DNA of 64,000 nucleotides from Bacillota bacterium (GTDB lineage Bacteria > Bacillota_I > Bacilli_A > RF39 > UBA660): positions 435,246 to 499,245 of the forward strand of contig SVAI01000001.1 of NCBI GenBank assembly GCA_015059495.1. Direction: 5' to 3'. Below are positions 8,087 to 17,424 of this stretch, in pieces. The notes beneath the pieces are model-generated. The model saw only the letters and a program-made list of their open reading frames with translations, was not told the DNA's origin and searched no databases. A program made the position numbers and the translations under genes. Each line of letters begins with the position of its first letter. Position 1 is the first letter of the stretch.

Positions 8087-9754
8087 TTAATTTGAAATAG
8101 TTAATTTATATGGATTAGATGATGTTCCTTCACCTGAAGCTATAGATACTTCATTTTTTAAGAATAATGCTGGACGAACACCACCATTTTGGCTTGCATA
8201 ACCATCACTTGTAGTAATATCAAAGCCATGGTATTCGCTCGTCCAATAACCAGCACCACTAATGGAGCTACCGGTATAAGCAACACAATCAGTCCAATAA
8301 TTCATTGTTGTGGACGGAGACAAAAAATTATCCAAATAATCGATTTTAATAATCCATGAACTAGTTATACAATCACCTGTATATGATGTATTATTATAGT
8401 CTAAGCAAACATTTCTACTTAAACCATTAACTGGTTTTATAGAATAAGCAAAATCACTAGTATATATTAAAGCAATTTTTCCAATCCATGTTGTTGTTCT
8501 TACAACTGTATCATTGCAAACATTATCATAATCTTCCATATTTTTACACTGATCAGGATTATTATTACTTCTCTCACCTACATAAAAATTTTTAGCTGTC
8601 CAAGTTGAATACTCATGTTTTAAGGTTGTAACATCATAATATCCTTCTCTAGCTCCCAAATTCCATTTTACAGTTTGAATCATATTTTGAGCATTTTGAT
8701 TTAAAGTTGTTGTTGGCATGTCTATTTTATGTATAACTTCATCGGTTCCACTATTATAAATGTGGGTATACCACTTACCATCTGTTCCAACTGTTATATT
8801 CCCTAAGTAGTCAGTATTTAATTCTCTCATAAGGTCTGCACCTTCATATGGTGTACCATCTTCATATGTTGATGCACCCCATTGATTAATACCCCAACCC
8901 TGATTTATTTCTTCTACAGAATCATCCCAAGAATAATTACCTAGTGAATCATCTCTCATAATCTTTATACGAGAAGCACTATTTCCATTTTCGTCTTCAA
9001 TATTATTAAATACACCTACTATTCTCCATTTTTCACAAGTTTCATCATTCATTAAAGATGGATTTGTAGTTGTACAGTTAAAATAAACATAATTATTTGC
9101 ATCACTACCTACATATCTTAAGTTATTATCTATTGTACCTTCTTCACCTAATGTTGCAACACCATCATATTCTAAATCAGTTGCACCATTATTTTTTAAA
9201 TCAGTTAAAAAACTTACTATACCATTTGTAGGACTATCATTATTTTCCTCAAGTTCAACTTTAGTACTAAATGTTTTACCCTTATTATTATCTTGATTTG
9301 AGTTAGTCTCTTTAAAAGTAATCTTTAATGTATAATTGTGAGTTTGACCAACACCAATTGCAACATTAGATGCTATTTTTGTATTTGTTTCTGGACAAGT
9401 AGTTTGATTAATATTATAACCTTCGCTACTAATTAATTCATAAACTAAATCACTTTTATTAGCGAAATCATTTATAACATCATTTAAATATATATCATAA
9501 GCGGTATCAACTGTACCAGTATTTCTAACACTAAATGCTAAAGTTACATAGTCCCCTGGTAACATATTTGAAGTTGTACCAACAACATTACCATTTTCAA
9601 AAGTAACCTCCATATACCCAGTAACAATAACAGTATTACTAGCCGTAGCATTCCCACCTATACTCGCAGTAAAATAAGCATAAGAAGCTATTGTTGCAAC
9701 ACTTATTACAAAAATTGATAAAACCAAAAGAAAAGATTTTACTCTTCTATTCAT
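8087..9754 (-). CDS. secreted TasA/camelysin-like N-domain protein with C-terminal extension (paralog)
   Basis: Same N-terminal motif and domain as above. It is 16 bp upstream of the next paralog with an AGGAGG RBS in the gap, so the two are probably co-transcribed. Confidence 0.6.
   Translation of the reverse strand: MNRRVKSFLLVLSIFVISVATIASYAYFTASIGGNATASNTVIVTGYMEVTFENGNVVGTTSNMLPGDYVTLAFSVRNTGTVDTAYDIYLNDVINDFANKSDLVYELISSEGYNINQTTCPETNTKIASNVAIGVGQTHNYTLKITFKETNSNQDNNKGKTFSTKVELEENNDSPTNGIVSFLTDLKNNGATDLEYDGVATLGEEGTIDNNLRYVGSDANNYVYFNCTTTNPSLMNDETCEKWRIVGVFNNIEDENGNSASRIKIMRDDSLGNYSWDDSVEEINQGWGINQWGASTYEDGTPYEGADLMRELNTDYLGNITVGTDGKWYTHIYNSGTDEVIHKIDMPTTTLNQNAQNMIQTVKWNLGAREGYYDVTTLKHEYSTWTAKNFYVGERSNNNPDQCKNMEDYDNVCNDTVVRTTTWIGKIALIYTSDFAYSIKPVNGLSRNVCLDYNNTSYTGDCITSSWIIKIDYLDNFLSPSTTMNYWTDCVAYTGSSISGAGYWTSEYHGFDITTSDGYASQNGGVRPALFLKNEVSIASGEGTSSNPYKLTISN
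9252..9685. repeat. copy 2 of the ~434 bp near-identical direct repeat
   Basis: See copy 1. The repeat lies in the adjacent paralog, 1681 bp apart in the same orientation. Confidence 0.8.
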
Positions 9755-9907
9755 AAAAAATCACTCCTATAATTATATTTTTTTTAATTATCATGTTTAA
9801 AGACTTCATCTATAATAAGAATATCATTTAATTTAACATTTATCAATTACCTAAAGATAAATTTACGATTACTTTTACAAATAAAAAAAAGTCTTTATAT
9901 AAGACTT

Positions 9908-11047
9908 TTATTTAAAAAACATAAACACTACTAAGAATAAAATTAGCAAGATTAAAACTATACATCCATTAGCTCTTTCAGAAGTAGTTGCTTTATCACT
10001 TACACCAACAGCCATAGATGATAAATATCCACCAATTAAACCACCAATGTGTGCAAAATTATCAATGCCAGGTGTAATAAATCCTAAAGCTAAATTAAAT
10101 ATGATTAATGGTACTATTTGAGATTTAATAACTGTACTTAAATATAATCTATAATGATAACCAAAGTAAACTAACGCACCCATAAGACCAAATATAGCAC
10201 CAGATGCACCAACACTATAAGAATTTGAGAATACCATAGACATTAAACATCCAACTATACCACTAAATAAATATATTAATATATATTTAGTTTTACCTAG
10301 GAATGTTTCTATTTGATTACCTATTACATATAAAGCATACATATTAAATATTAAATGCATTATATTAGCATGCATAAACATAGCACTAAATACTCTATAA
10401 TAGTCTCCTGCTACAAATAATTCTCTATTAGCAGCAAAAGTATATAACATTGATGGATACATATAACTTAATAAATATATTAATACATTTATAACTATTA
10501 AAGCGTATGTAATAACTATTGTTTTAGGTTTAAAAGTCTTCTCATAAGCTTTATTTTCTTTAGCAGTCTTTTCATTAATATCATTAGTAACATTAATAAT
10601 TAAATCAATACCTTTAGTATCATTTAATAAATTATCCTTTATATTAGGAAAAGCATCTTTAATAAACTTATTTTTCTTAATATCTCCAACATTTTTAATC
10701 TTAACTGAATCCATATCTTTATCTTCAACTAACTTAACACCAGTATTTAGATCTAAGAATATATTTAAAGTATTAACTTTAAAAGATAAAGTTTTCTTTT
10801 TTATTTGTTTTATAACATTCTTAGTTTTATATAAATCTGCCTCTATTTGTTCATTATTATGAATATAATTAGTATTAATTCTTATAATTCTATAAGGACC
10901 ATCTAAATTCTCTAACCATACTTCATTTTTAACACCATTAACTATAATTGGTTGATAGTTTTCTTCAGTAATAAAATAATGAACTAAACGCATAACGATG
11001 TCTTCTTTTTTATCAACTACAACGTTCATAATTCTACCTCTTTTCAT
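9908..11047 (-). CDS. rhomboid family intramembrane serine protease with N-terminal cytoplasmic domain (GluP/YqgP-like)
   Basis: C-terminal half is polytopic with the catalytic GASGAIFGL (GxSG) motif and the later AHIGGLIGGY (His). The stop codon is embedded in an aaagtctt-tata-taagacttt terminator hairpin. Confidence 0.8.
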   Translation of the reverse strand: MKRGRIMNVVVDKKEDIVMRLVHYFITEENYQPIIVNGVKNEVWLENLDGPYRIIRINTNYIHNNEQIEADLYKTKNVIKQIKKKTLSFKVNTLNIFLDLNTGVKLVEDKDMDSVKIKNVGDIKKNKFIKDAFPNIKDNLLNDTKGIDLIINVTNDINEKTAKENKAYEKTFKPKTIVITYALIVINVLIYLLSYMYPSMLYTFAANRELFVAGDYYRVFSAMFMHANIMHLIFNMYALYVIGNQIETFLGKTKYILIYLFSGIVGCLMSMVFSNSYSVGASGAIFGLMGALVYFGYHYRLYLSTVIKSQIVPLIIFNLALGFITPGIDNFAHIGGLIGGYLSSMAVGVSDKATTSERANGCIVLILLILFLVVFMFFK

Positions 11048-11319
11048 ATAATCATAATTATATCATATATTTAATCAGGTGATATAATTTGTCTAATATA
11101 TCTAAAGATTTATTAGTATTTATTATTATAAATATAGTATTAACTTTTATATTATATATATTTTATTCCAATGAAACACTATTGTCCTTAATAATTAATC
11201 TTTTATTAATAATAAATAATATTTTAATAATAATTGAAATGAAATACATACATAATAAATATTATTATATTAATTATATATTTCTACTATTTTTTATTTA
11301 TAATATCTTTATATTATTA

Positions 11320-12219
11320 TTAAAGTTCTTCTAAAGAATCTAAAGTATCTTGAAACTCTTTAGGTAATGGACATTCAAAATACATCTTTTTATTTGTAAT
11401 TGGATGATTAAATTCCATAGAATAAGAATGTAAATATTGTCCAAATTCTGTTGCTTTATCTTTTGAATATATAGGATCATTAAATATAGGATGATTAATA
11501 TACTTCATATGTACCCTAATTTGATGTGTTCTACCAGTTTCTAGGCGACATTTAACTAAAGTAAAGTTCTTATACCTTTTTAATACTTTAACGTGTGTAA
11601 TAGCACTTTTTGAGTTTTTAGAAGTAACTTTCATCATTTTACGAGATGATTCATCTCTACCAATAGGTGCATCTATTAAAACACTATCACTATCTAATAT
11701 TCCATGTATTAAAGCAATATATTCTCTTTTAATACTATGTTCTTTAAAATATTCACCTAATATTTCTTGAGACTTATTATTCTTAGCTATAATAATTAAA
11801 CCAGAAGTATCTTTATCAATTCTATGTACTATACCAGGTCTATATTCTTCATAGCCATCACTTAAATTATCTGCATAATACATTAAACCATTAACTAAAG
11901 TGTTATCATAATTACCATTACCTGGATGTACTACTACTCCACTAGGTTTATTAATAACCATAATATCATCATCTTCATAAACAATATCTAAATCCATTTT
12001 CTTAGCTTCAACTTTAGTATCTTTAATAAATCCATCTTTAATTTCTATTTCATCATCAATATTAACTTTATATGATGGTTTTTCTACACTTCCATTAACT
12101 AATACATAACCATCTTTTAACATTTTTAATATTAATGATCTAGAATATTCAGTATTTTCAGCTAAAAACTTATCTAATCTAATATTATCTATTTCTACCT
12201 TTATTTTCATTATCTTCAC
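11320..12219 (-). CDS. rluD: RluA/RluD-family 23S rRNA pseudouridine synthase
   Basis: N-terminal S4-like domain plus catalytic motif VHRIDKDTSGLIIIAKN. Sits in the conserved lspA-rluD arrangement. Confidence 0.85.
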   Translation of the reverse strand: MKIMKIKVEIDNIRLDKFLAENTEYSRSLILKMLKDGYVLVNGSVEKPSYKVNIDDEIEIKDGFIKDTKVEAKKMDLDIVYEDDDIMVINKPSGVVVHPGNGNYDNTLVNGLMYYADNLSDGYEEYRPGIVHRIDKDTSGLIIIAKNNKSQEILGEYFKEHSIKREYIALIHGILDSDSVLIDAPIGRDESSRKMMKVTSKNSKSAITHVKVLKRYKNFTLVKCRLETGRTHQIRVHMKYINHPIFNDPIYSKDKATEFGQYLHSYSMEFNHPITNKKMYFECPLPKEFQDTLDSLEEL

Positions 12220-12652
12220 CCTTTATTATTGCTACTATTAAAAGTATTATCCCAATAACTATTGCACTATCTGCAATATTAAATATTGGATAATCATAAT
12301 TAAATATTTTAATATCTATAAAATCTATAACATAATTAGTAAATAATCTATTTAATAAATTACCAAGTATTCCACCATATAATAATGAGAATGCTAATAT
12401 ATTTCTATTATTTACTTTAAAATGCTTACTATATCTATATACTATAAATAATATTACAATACTAATAATATTAATTAATATAGTTTGATTACTAAGTATT
12501 GACCATGCAGCCCCAGTATTAATAGCATAACTAAATCTAAATATATTACCTATAATATTAATTGGTGTTTGAAAGCACATATATGCTATATATTTAGTAA
12601 TTATATCTATAAATAATACTATTAAAGATATTATTAATATTTTCTTATTCAT
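12185..12652 (-). CDS. lspA: lipoprotein signal peptidase II
   Basis: 155 aa, four TM segments, FNIADSAIVIG motif. Overlaps the downstream rluD. Confidence 0.85.
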   Translation of the reverse strand: MNKKILIISLIVLFIDIITKYIAYMCFQTPINIIGNIFRFSYAINTGAAWSILSNQTILINIISIVILFIVYRYSKHFKVNNRNILAFSLLYGGILGNLLNRLFTNYVIDFIDIKIFNYDYPIFNIADSAIVIGIILLIVAIIKGEDNENKGRNR

Positions 12653-12679
12653 AGGTCATCTCCCAATAAAAGTATTATA

Positions 12680-12913
12680 TCATAATTCCACTAAAATAAC
12701 ATCACTACCTATCCTTTTTATCTGTTTAAAAGATATATTAATATCACTATTACTACTTAATATATTTCTAATATTTCTTCTTTCATCTACCACTAAATAT
12801 TCTATAAATCCTTCACTATTTATCTTAGCATCTACTATTTTACCTATCTTTTTACCATCGTTAATATTAACAATATCTTTATCTTGTAACTCTGATAGCT
12901 TCATGTAAATCAC
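12680..12913 (-). CDS. YlmC/YmxH-family (PRC-barrel) sporulation protein
   Basis: 77 aa reading LSELQDKDIVNINDGKKIGKIVDAKINSEGFIEYLVV...FKQIKRIGSDVILVEL, which matches the YlmC/YmxH pattern (LSEL.GKEI.....G..LG.I.D...D...G.I..L). Confidence 0.7.
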   Translation of the reverse strand: MIYMKLSELQDKDIVNINDGKKIGKIVDAKINSEGFIEYLVVDERRNIRNILSSNSDINISFKQIKRIGSDVILVEL

Positions 12914-12982
12914 CTAATAAATTATATTGTATTATTTTAAATTTGTGCTAAAATAAAAATTGAAAGGAGTCGTTAAGTTTAT

Positions 12983-13396
12983 ATGTACACATATCCAAGC
13001 AGTAGTTTAGTTAGATCTGCTACAACTGCTAGTGCTAGTAATTCAAGTGTAGTTGCTATCGTTGCATTAATTTGTGCAATTGTAGGTTCAATTCTAGTAT
13101 TTGTACTTTTCTTAAGAAAAGACAATGAATCAAAATATACTGGATTTGTTAAATGGTTATATGATTACTTACAATTCAACAAATTAACAATAGATATTAT
13201 CTTAAGATTTACATATCTATTCTTAGCAATCTTCATAACAGTAGCTTCATTTGGATTAATCTCAACAAGTTTCTTAGGATTCTTATTATCATTAATCTTA
13301 GGAAACCTAGTACTAAGAGTAGTATATGAATTCTCTATGTTAGTAATCCTAATATATAGAAATGTAAGAGAACTAAACGAAAAAACTAAAAAATAG
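12983..13396 (+). CDS. small integral membrane protein (DUF4282-like)
   Basis: 137 aa with 3 TM segments. GGAGT RBS is present, followed by an aatagtttca/tgaaactatt terminator at about 13393-13420. The family call is tentative. Confidence 0.35.
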   Translation: MYTYPSSSLVRSATTASASNSSVVAIVALICAIVGSILVFVLFLRKDNESKYTGFVKWLYDYLQFNKLTIDIILRFTYLFLAIFITVASFGLISTSFLGFLLSLILGNLVLRVVYEFSMLVILIYRNVRELNEKTKK

Positions 13397-13636
13397 TTTC
13401 ATTTGAAACTATTTTTTTATTCAGTACTAATATAGCCATGATAAATGCAATAATCTAAAGTATCTCCAAGAGAACCTTTATAAGTAAAATAACCAGGTTT
13501 AACACTTTTACAATCAACTCTAGCATACTCTTTATCAATATGATTCGAATCATATGTCGTAGTAGTACCACCAACTTCGATATATGCAAGTAGTTGTCTT
13601 CAAGACTATTATTAAATAAATTATAACATACCTATA

Positions 13637-14404
13637 TTAATCAATCAATTTTTTTAGTTTTAATATCGCACTTTTTTCAATTCTAGATACTTGAGCTTGT
13701 GATATATCTAAACTAGATGCTATTTCACTTTGTGTCATACCATAAATATATCTACTTTCTAATACTTCTCTTTCTCTTAATTTAATATGTTCTAAAGCTT
13801 TTCTTAATGCTATTAAACTATCTTTATCTTTATTAGTATCTGCTATTTGATCACATAAATATATAGTATCTCCATTATCACTATATATTGGATCATATAA
13901 AGAATATACATCTTTTAAGCTATTTAATGCTAATCTAATATCATATTCATTTAAATTTAAATCTCTTTTAATATCTTCTATTGAAGGTTCTTTCCCATTA
14001 TTAATTAAATAATCTTCTTTATACTTTAATATTAAATAAGCATTATCTTTAATACCTCTAGATATCCTAATACTTGTATTATCTCTAATATATCTTTTTA
14101 TTTCTCCTAATATTAGAGGTACTGCATATGTAGAAAATAAACAATTATATGATAAATCAAAATTATCTACTGCTTTAATTAATCCTATTACCCCTATTTG
14201 AAATAAATCATCTAAATTATTATTTTTATTATTAAATCTCTTAATAATAGATAATACTAACTTTAAATTACCATTAATTATTATTTCTTTATTTTCTTTC
14301 TTACCATCTCTTAATCCTTTAAATAACTCTACCATATCTTTATTTGATAATACTTTTAAATTATTAGTATTAATACTAGTTATTTCAACACTATATTTAC
14401 TCAT
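13637..14404 (-). CDS. SigF/SigG-family (group 3, sporulation-type) RNA polymerase sigma factor
   Basis: Aligns along its length with B. subtilis SigF: DLFQIGVIGLIKAVDNFDLSYNCLFSTYAVPLILGEIKRYIRDN, DNGDTIYLCDQIAD, LREREVLESRYIYGMTQSEIASSLDISQAQVSRIEKSAILKLKK. No spoIIAA/AB or spoIIGA neighbours. Confidence 0.8.
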   Translation of the reverse strand: MSKYSVEITSINTNNLKVLSNKDMVELFKGLRDGKKENKEIIINGNLKLVLSIIKRFNNKNNNLDDLFQIGVIGLIKAVDNFDLSYNCLFSTYAVPLILGEIKRYIRDNTSIRISRGIKDNAYLILKYKEDYLINNGKEPSIEDIKRDLNLNEYDIRLALNSLKDVYSLYDPIYSDNGDTIYLCDQIADTNKDKDSLIALRKALEHIKLREREVLESRYIYGMTQSEIASSLDISQAQVSRIEKSAILKLKKLID

Positions 14405-14449
14405 AATAAAAATCCTTTCTAATCATATATTGATTAAAAAGGATTATTT

Positions 14450-15136
14450 TTATACTAAATTAGATAAATAATTAACAATCTCATTAATATTAAATAATAA
14501 CACAAATATTATACTTAAGAATATAATACCAATTATTATTATACCTATAGGTTTAAATTGATTAGATTGTTTAACTATTATTAAATTCTTATCTTTTAAT
14601 TCATTTAATATATTATCTATAGTATTTATATTATAATTACTTTCTTTTAAATCTAATAAAGACTTTCTAACATCTATATTAGGTATAGTATCAATAACTG
14701 CTTTAAATATTTCATTTAAATCATTATTATATTTATGATTACCTATAACATTTCTAAAAGTTAGTGCTAAAGAATTACCAATTCTATTAGATACTATATC
14801 TAAAGAATTCTTTAAATCTTTAGTAGTATTATATGATAACTTAAGCATATTAAATAAAAGAATAGCTTCATCATATAACTTATCACTTCTTATTTTAATC
14901 TTATTATCTATTAATATTAATGTATATAAATAATAAAATGATATAGATATTATTAATGCTAATAGCAATCCATATTTAGGTACTAATAAACATATAATAA
15001 ATAAGAATATTGATATTAATAATCTAGTTACTAAAAAATACTCTAATTTTAATTTATTATTAGGTCCTAAATAAGACATCTTTTTATTATATTTATTAAT
15101 ATATTTCTTACTAAAAATATTCTTTAATATATTCAT
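14450..15136 (-). CDS. TadC-like (type II secretion system F-domain) membrane protein
   Basis: 228 aa with N-terminal TM pair, helical cytoplasmic segment and C-terminal TM. Position and size fit the Tad locus inner-membrane platform. No strong motif. Confidence 0.4.
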   Translation of the reverse strand: MNILKNIFSKKYINKYNKKMSYLGPNNKLKLEYFLVTRLLISIFLFIICLLVPKYGLLLALIISISFYYLYTLILIDNKIKIRSDKLYDEAILLFNMLKLSYNTTKDLKNSLDIVSNRIGNSLALTFRNVIGNHKYNNDLNEIFKAVIDTIPNIDVRKSLLDLKESNYNINTIDNILNELKDKNLIIVKQSNQFKPIGIIIIGIIFLSIIFVLLFNINEIVNYLSNLV

Positions 15137-16113
15137 TTTCTAGCCTCCATCATCTTTCTAATAGTATGAATAAAGACTATATATATAAATACTATTACTT
15201 CTAATATAATTATTCCATATACATTATTAAATACATTATTAAAGTAATTAAAATCATTAATAGACATAAATAATATTATAGATAAAGGAAGTAACATAAA
15301 TACTATTTTAATAACATTTAATATTGTATTTAAAGAATCTTTATAAGTATTTTTCTTATCATAATATTCAAAATTACTTCTAACTATATGAAATGTATCT
15401 TCTAAATTATCTGAATCTATATCAAGTAAATGATATATAACTCTAATCTCAGGTATTCTAGTTCTTTTATAAAATCTTCTAAATGCTTGAGTTAAAGATA
15501 TATTATAAGATAAATCTATTAATATTCTTTGATATTCATCTGCTATATCATCATCTAATTCTCTAACTACTTTACTTAAAGCATTATATATATTAGTTTT
15601 AGATATGTTATCATCTAATACTATAATAGATTCATATAACTTATTAGATATATTCTTACATTTCTTTTCATATCTAATTTGCCAATATAAACTAGGTAAA
15701 ACAATTCCAAGTATAACAAATATAACAAGTAATATAATATTAAAACTAAATACTCTAGCTAATACTAAAAATAAATATAAAAGAATTGATAATATTAAAG
15801 ATATTAATATTACAGTTATATAATCTATTGGACTCTTAAAATCCTCTTCTTTAATTAATATGTATTTTTCATATCTAGAAGATAACTTCATTAAAACTCT
15901 ACTTTTATTTAATAAATTACTAATTAAATGTACTAAATTCCATAATACATGAGATATCTTTTCAAATGTAGTCGTATCATCAAAATCTTTTTTAGATAAA
16001 GAAAAATTACTAATTCTAGTTTCTAATAAAGATGATCTAATTGAATATATTACATTAAAGATAATAACTAAGGAGATAAATATTAAAATGAGTTGTATTA
16101 CATATGCATTCAT
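15133..16113 (-). CDS. TadB-like (type II secretion system F-domain) membrane protein
   Basis: 326 aa with topology similar to TadB/GspF-family platform proteins. Overlaps its neighbours (operon). Confidence 0.4.
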   Translation of the reverse strand: MNAYVIQLILIFISLVIIFNVIYSIRSSLLETRISNFSLSKKDFDDTTTFEKISHVLWNLVHLISNLLNKSRVLMKLSSRYEKYILIKEEDFKSPIDYITVILISLILSILLYLFLVLARVFSFNIILLVIFVILGIVLPSLYWQIRYEKKCKNISNKLYESIIVLDDNISKTNIYNALSKVVRELDDDIADEYQRILIDLSYNISLTQAFRRFYKRTRIPEIRVIYHLLDIDSDNLEDTFHIVRSNFEYYDKKNTYKDSLNTILNVIKIVFMLLPLSIILFMSINDFNYFNNVFNNVYGIIILEVIVFIYIVFIHTIRKMMEARK

Positions 16114-16125
16114 AATTTATCCCCC

Positions 16126-17424
16126 TTATTTAAGACTATCAAATATATCATCTATATAATCTATACCTTTACTAGATATCTTTTTATATGCTCTAGGTAT
16201 ATATTTATATAATTGGAATTCACCATCTACTCTACCACTATCAAGTAATTTCTTTTGTTTAAAAGCAAATATTTCTTTTAATACAATTTCACCTTTTTGA
16301 TTCTTATTTAATTCCAAAATAGATGTAATTCTATGTTTATTATCACTTAACTTAGATATAGTAACTATTAAATCTATAGCATTATACATAGTTTCTCTAG
16401 CTATTTTAGATGCTATATTCTTTTGTTCTACATATGCTGATTCTAAGAAATTAATAACTTCTAAAGCATTATTTGAAGAACACGTTTCCATTACATTAAT
16501 TGAATCATCTACCATAACATCAATACTAGATGAAACTAATTCTTTACTTAAATTATTAATAATTAATGTATTAGGATGTATATTTAATGCTGTTTTAATA
16601 ATATTATCATTAGTCTTTAAATTAACCACATTATTCTTTCTAATATTTAATTCATCGGTTGGTGATATAGTAATTAACCTCGAATAATCTGAAGATAAAT
16701 TAGCAAGAGAAGATAAAAGTGATGTCTTACCACTCTTTGATCCACCAGAGATGATAATATTAAGTTTAGCTTTAACAGCAGCCTCTAAAAATCTAGCCAT
16801 ATATGGTGTTAAAGTACCAAGTTTAACTAATTCATCCATATCAGTAACAACTGGATTAAATTTCTTAATATTAATAACAGGTCCATTAACAGATACCGGA
16901 GGCATAACTACAGTTAAAAGTGATCCATCACTTAAAGTAGTTTCAATAACATTAGATGAATCTAATTTAATATTTGAATTAGATAATAATTTCTTTATAG
17001 TTCTTATAATATGTTCATTATTAATAAATGATATTGAATTATCTCTAACTATCTTACCATCTACTAAAGCATATATTTCATTATAAGAATTAACCATTAT
17101 TTCTTCTACATTATCATCTTTTAACAATGATGATAATGGTCCATATCCATTAATTTCTTCATTAATAATATTATATAAATGATTTCTTTCTAAATTAGAT
17201 AAATTATATCCCCTAGTCTTTTCACTAATTACATCAAGTACTAATTCTTTAGTAATAGTAATATTCTTATAAGATTGATTACCTAATTCATTTAAAATAT
17301 TTCTTCTTAATATTTCTAATTCTTCTTTATTATTAAAAATATATTTTAAATCATCTTCTTTATAATCATAATTAACATCTAAATTAAATTCTTTAATTAA
17401 ACTATTTCTACTCATGAATATCAC
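16126..17424 (-). CDS. CpaF/TadA-type secretion ATPase (VirB11/GspE superfamily)
   Basis: Walker A IISGGSKSGKTSLLSSLANL (compare CpaF ISGGTGSGKTTLLNAL), length about 430 aa, N-terminal regulatory domain. Confidence 0.8.
   Translation of the reverse strand: MIFMSRNSLIKEFNLDVNYDYKEDDLKYIFNNKEELEILRRNILNELGNQSYKNITITKELVLDVISEKTRGYNLSNLERNHLYNIINEEINGYGPLSSLLKDDNVEEIMVNSYNEIYALVDGKIVRDNSISFINNEHIIRTIKKLLSNSNIKLDSSNVIETTLSDGSLLTVVMPPVSVNGPVINIKKFNPVVTDMDELVKLGTLTPYMARFLEAAVKAKLNIIISGGSKSGKTSLLSSLANLSSDYSRLITISPTDELNIRKNNVVNLKTNDNIIKTALNIHPNTLIINNLSKELVSSSIDVMVDDSINVMETCSSNNALEVINFLESAYVEQKNIASKIARETMYNAIDLIVTISKLSDNKHRITSILELNKNQKGEIVLKEIFAFKQKKLLDSGRVDGEFQLYKYIPRAYKKISSKGIDYIDDIFDSLK

Noticed and set aside
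11089-11334. 81 aa plus-strand ORF in the rhomboid-rluD intergenic region
   Set aside because: The translation is almost pure Ile/Leu/Asn/Tyr low-complexity, typical of chance ORFs in 25%-GC DNA. No RBS is present and it overlaps the 3' end of rluD on the opposite strand.
15605-17086. Plus-strand ORFs 15605-15823 and 16751-17086 inside the Tad-like genes
   Set aside because: Both lie fully inside longer, motif-supported minus-strand genes (TadB-like, CpaF). They are antisense artefacts.
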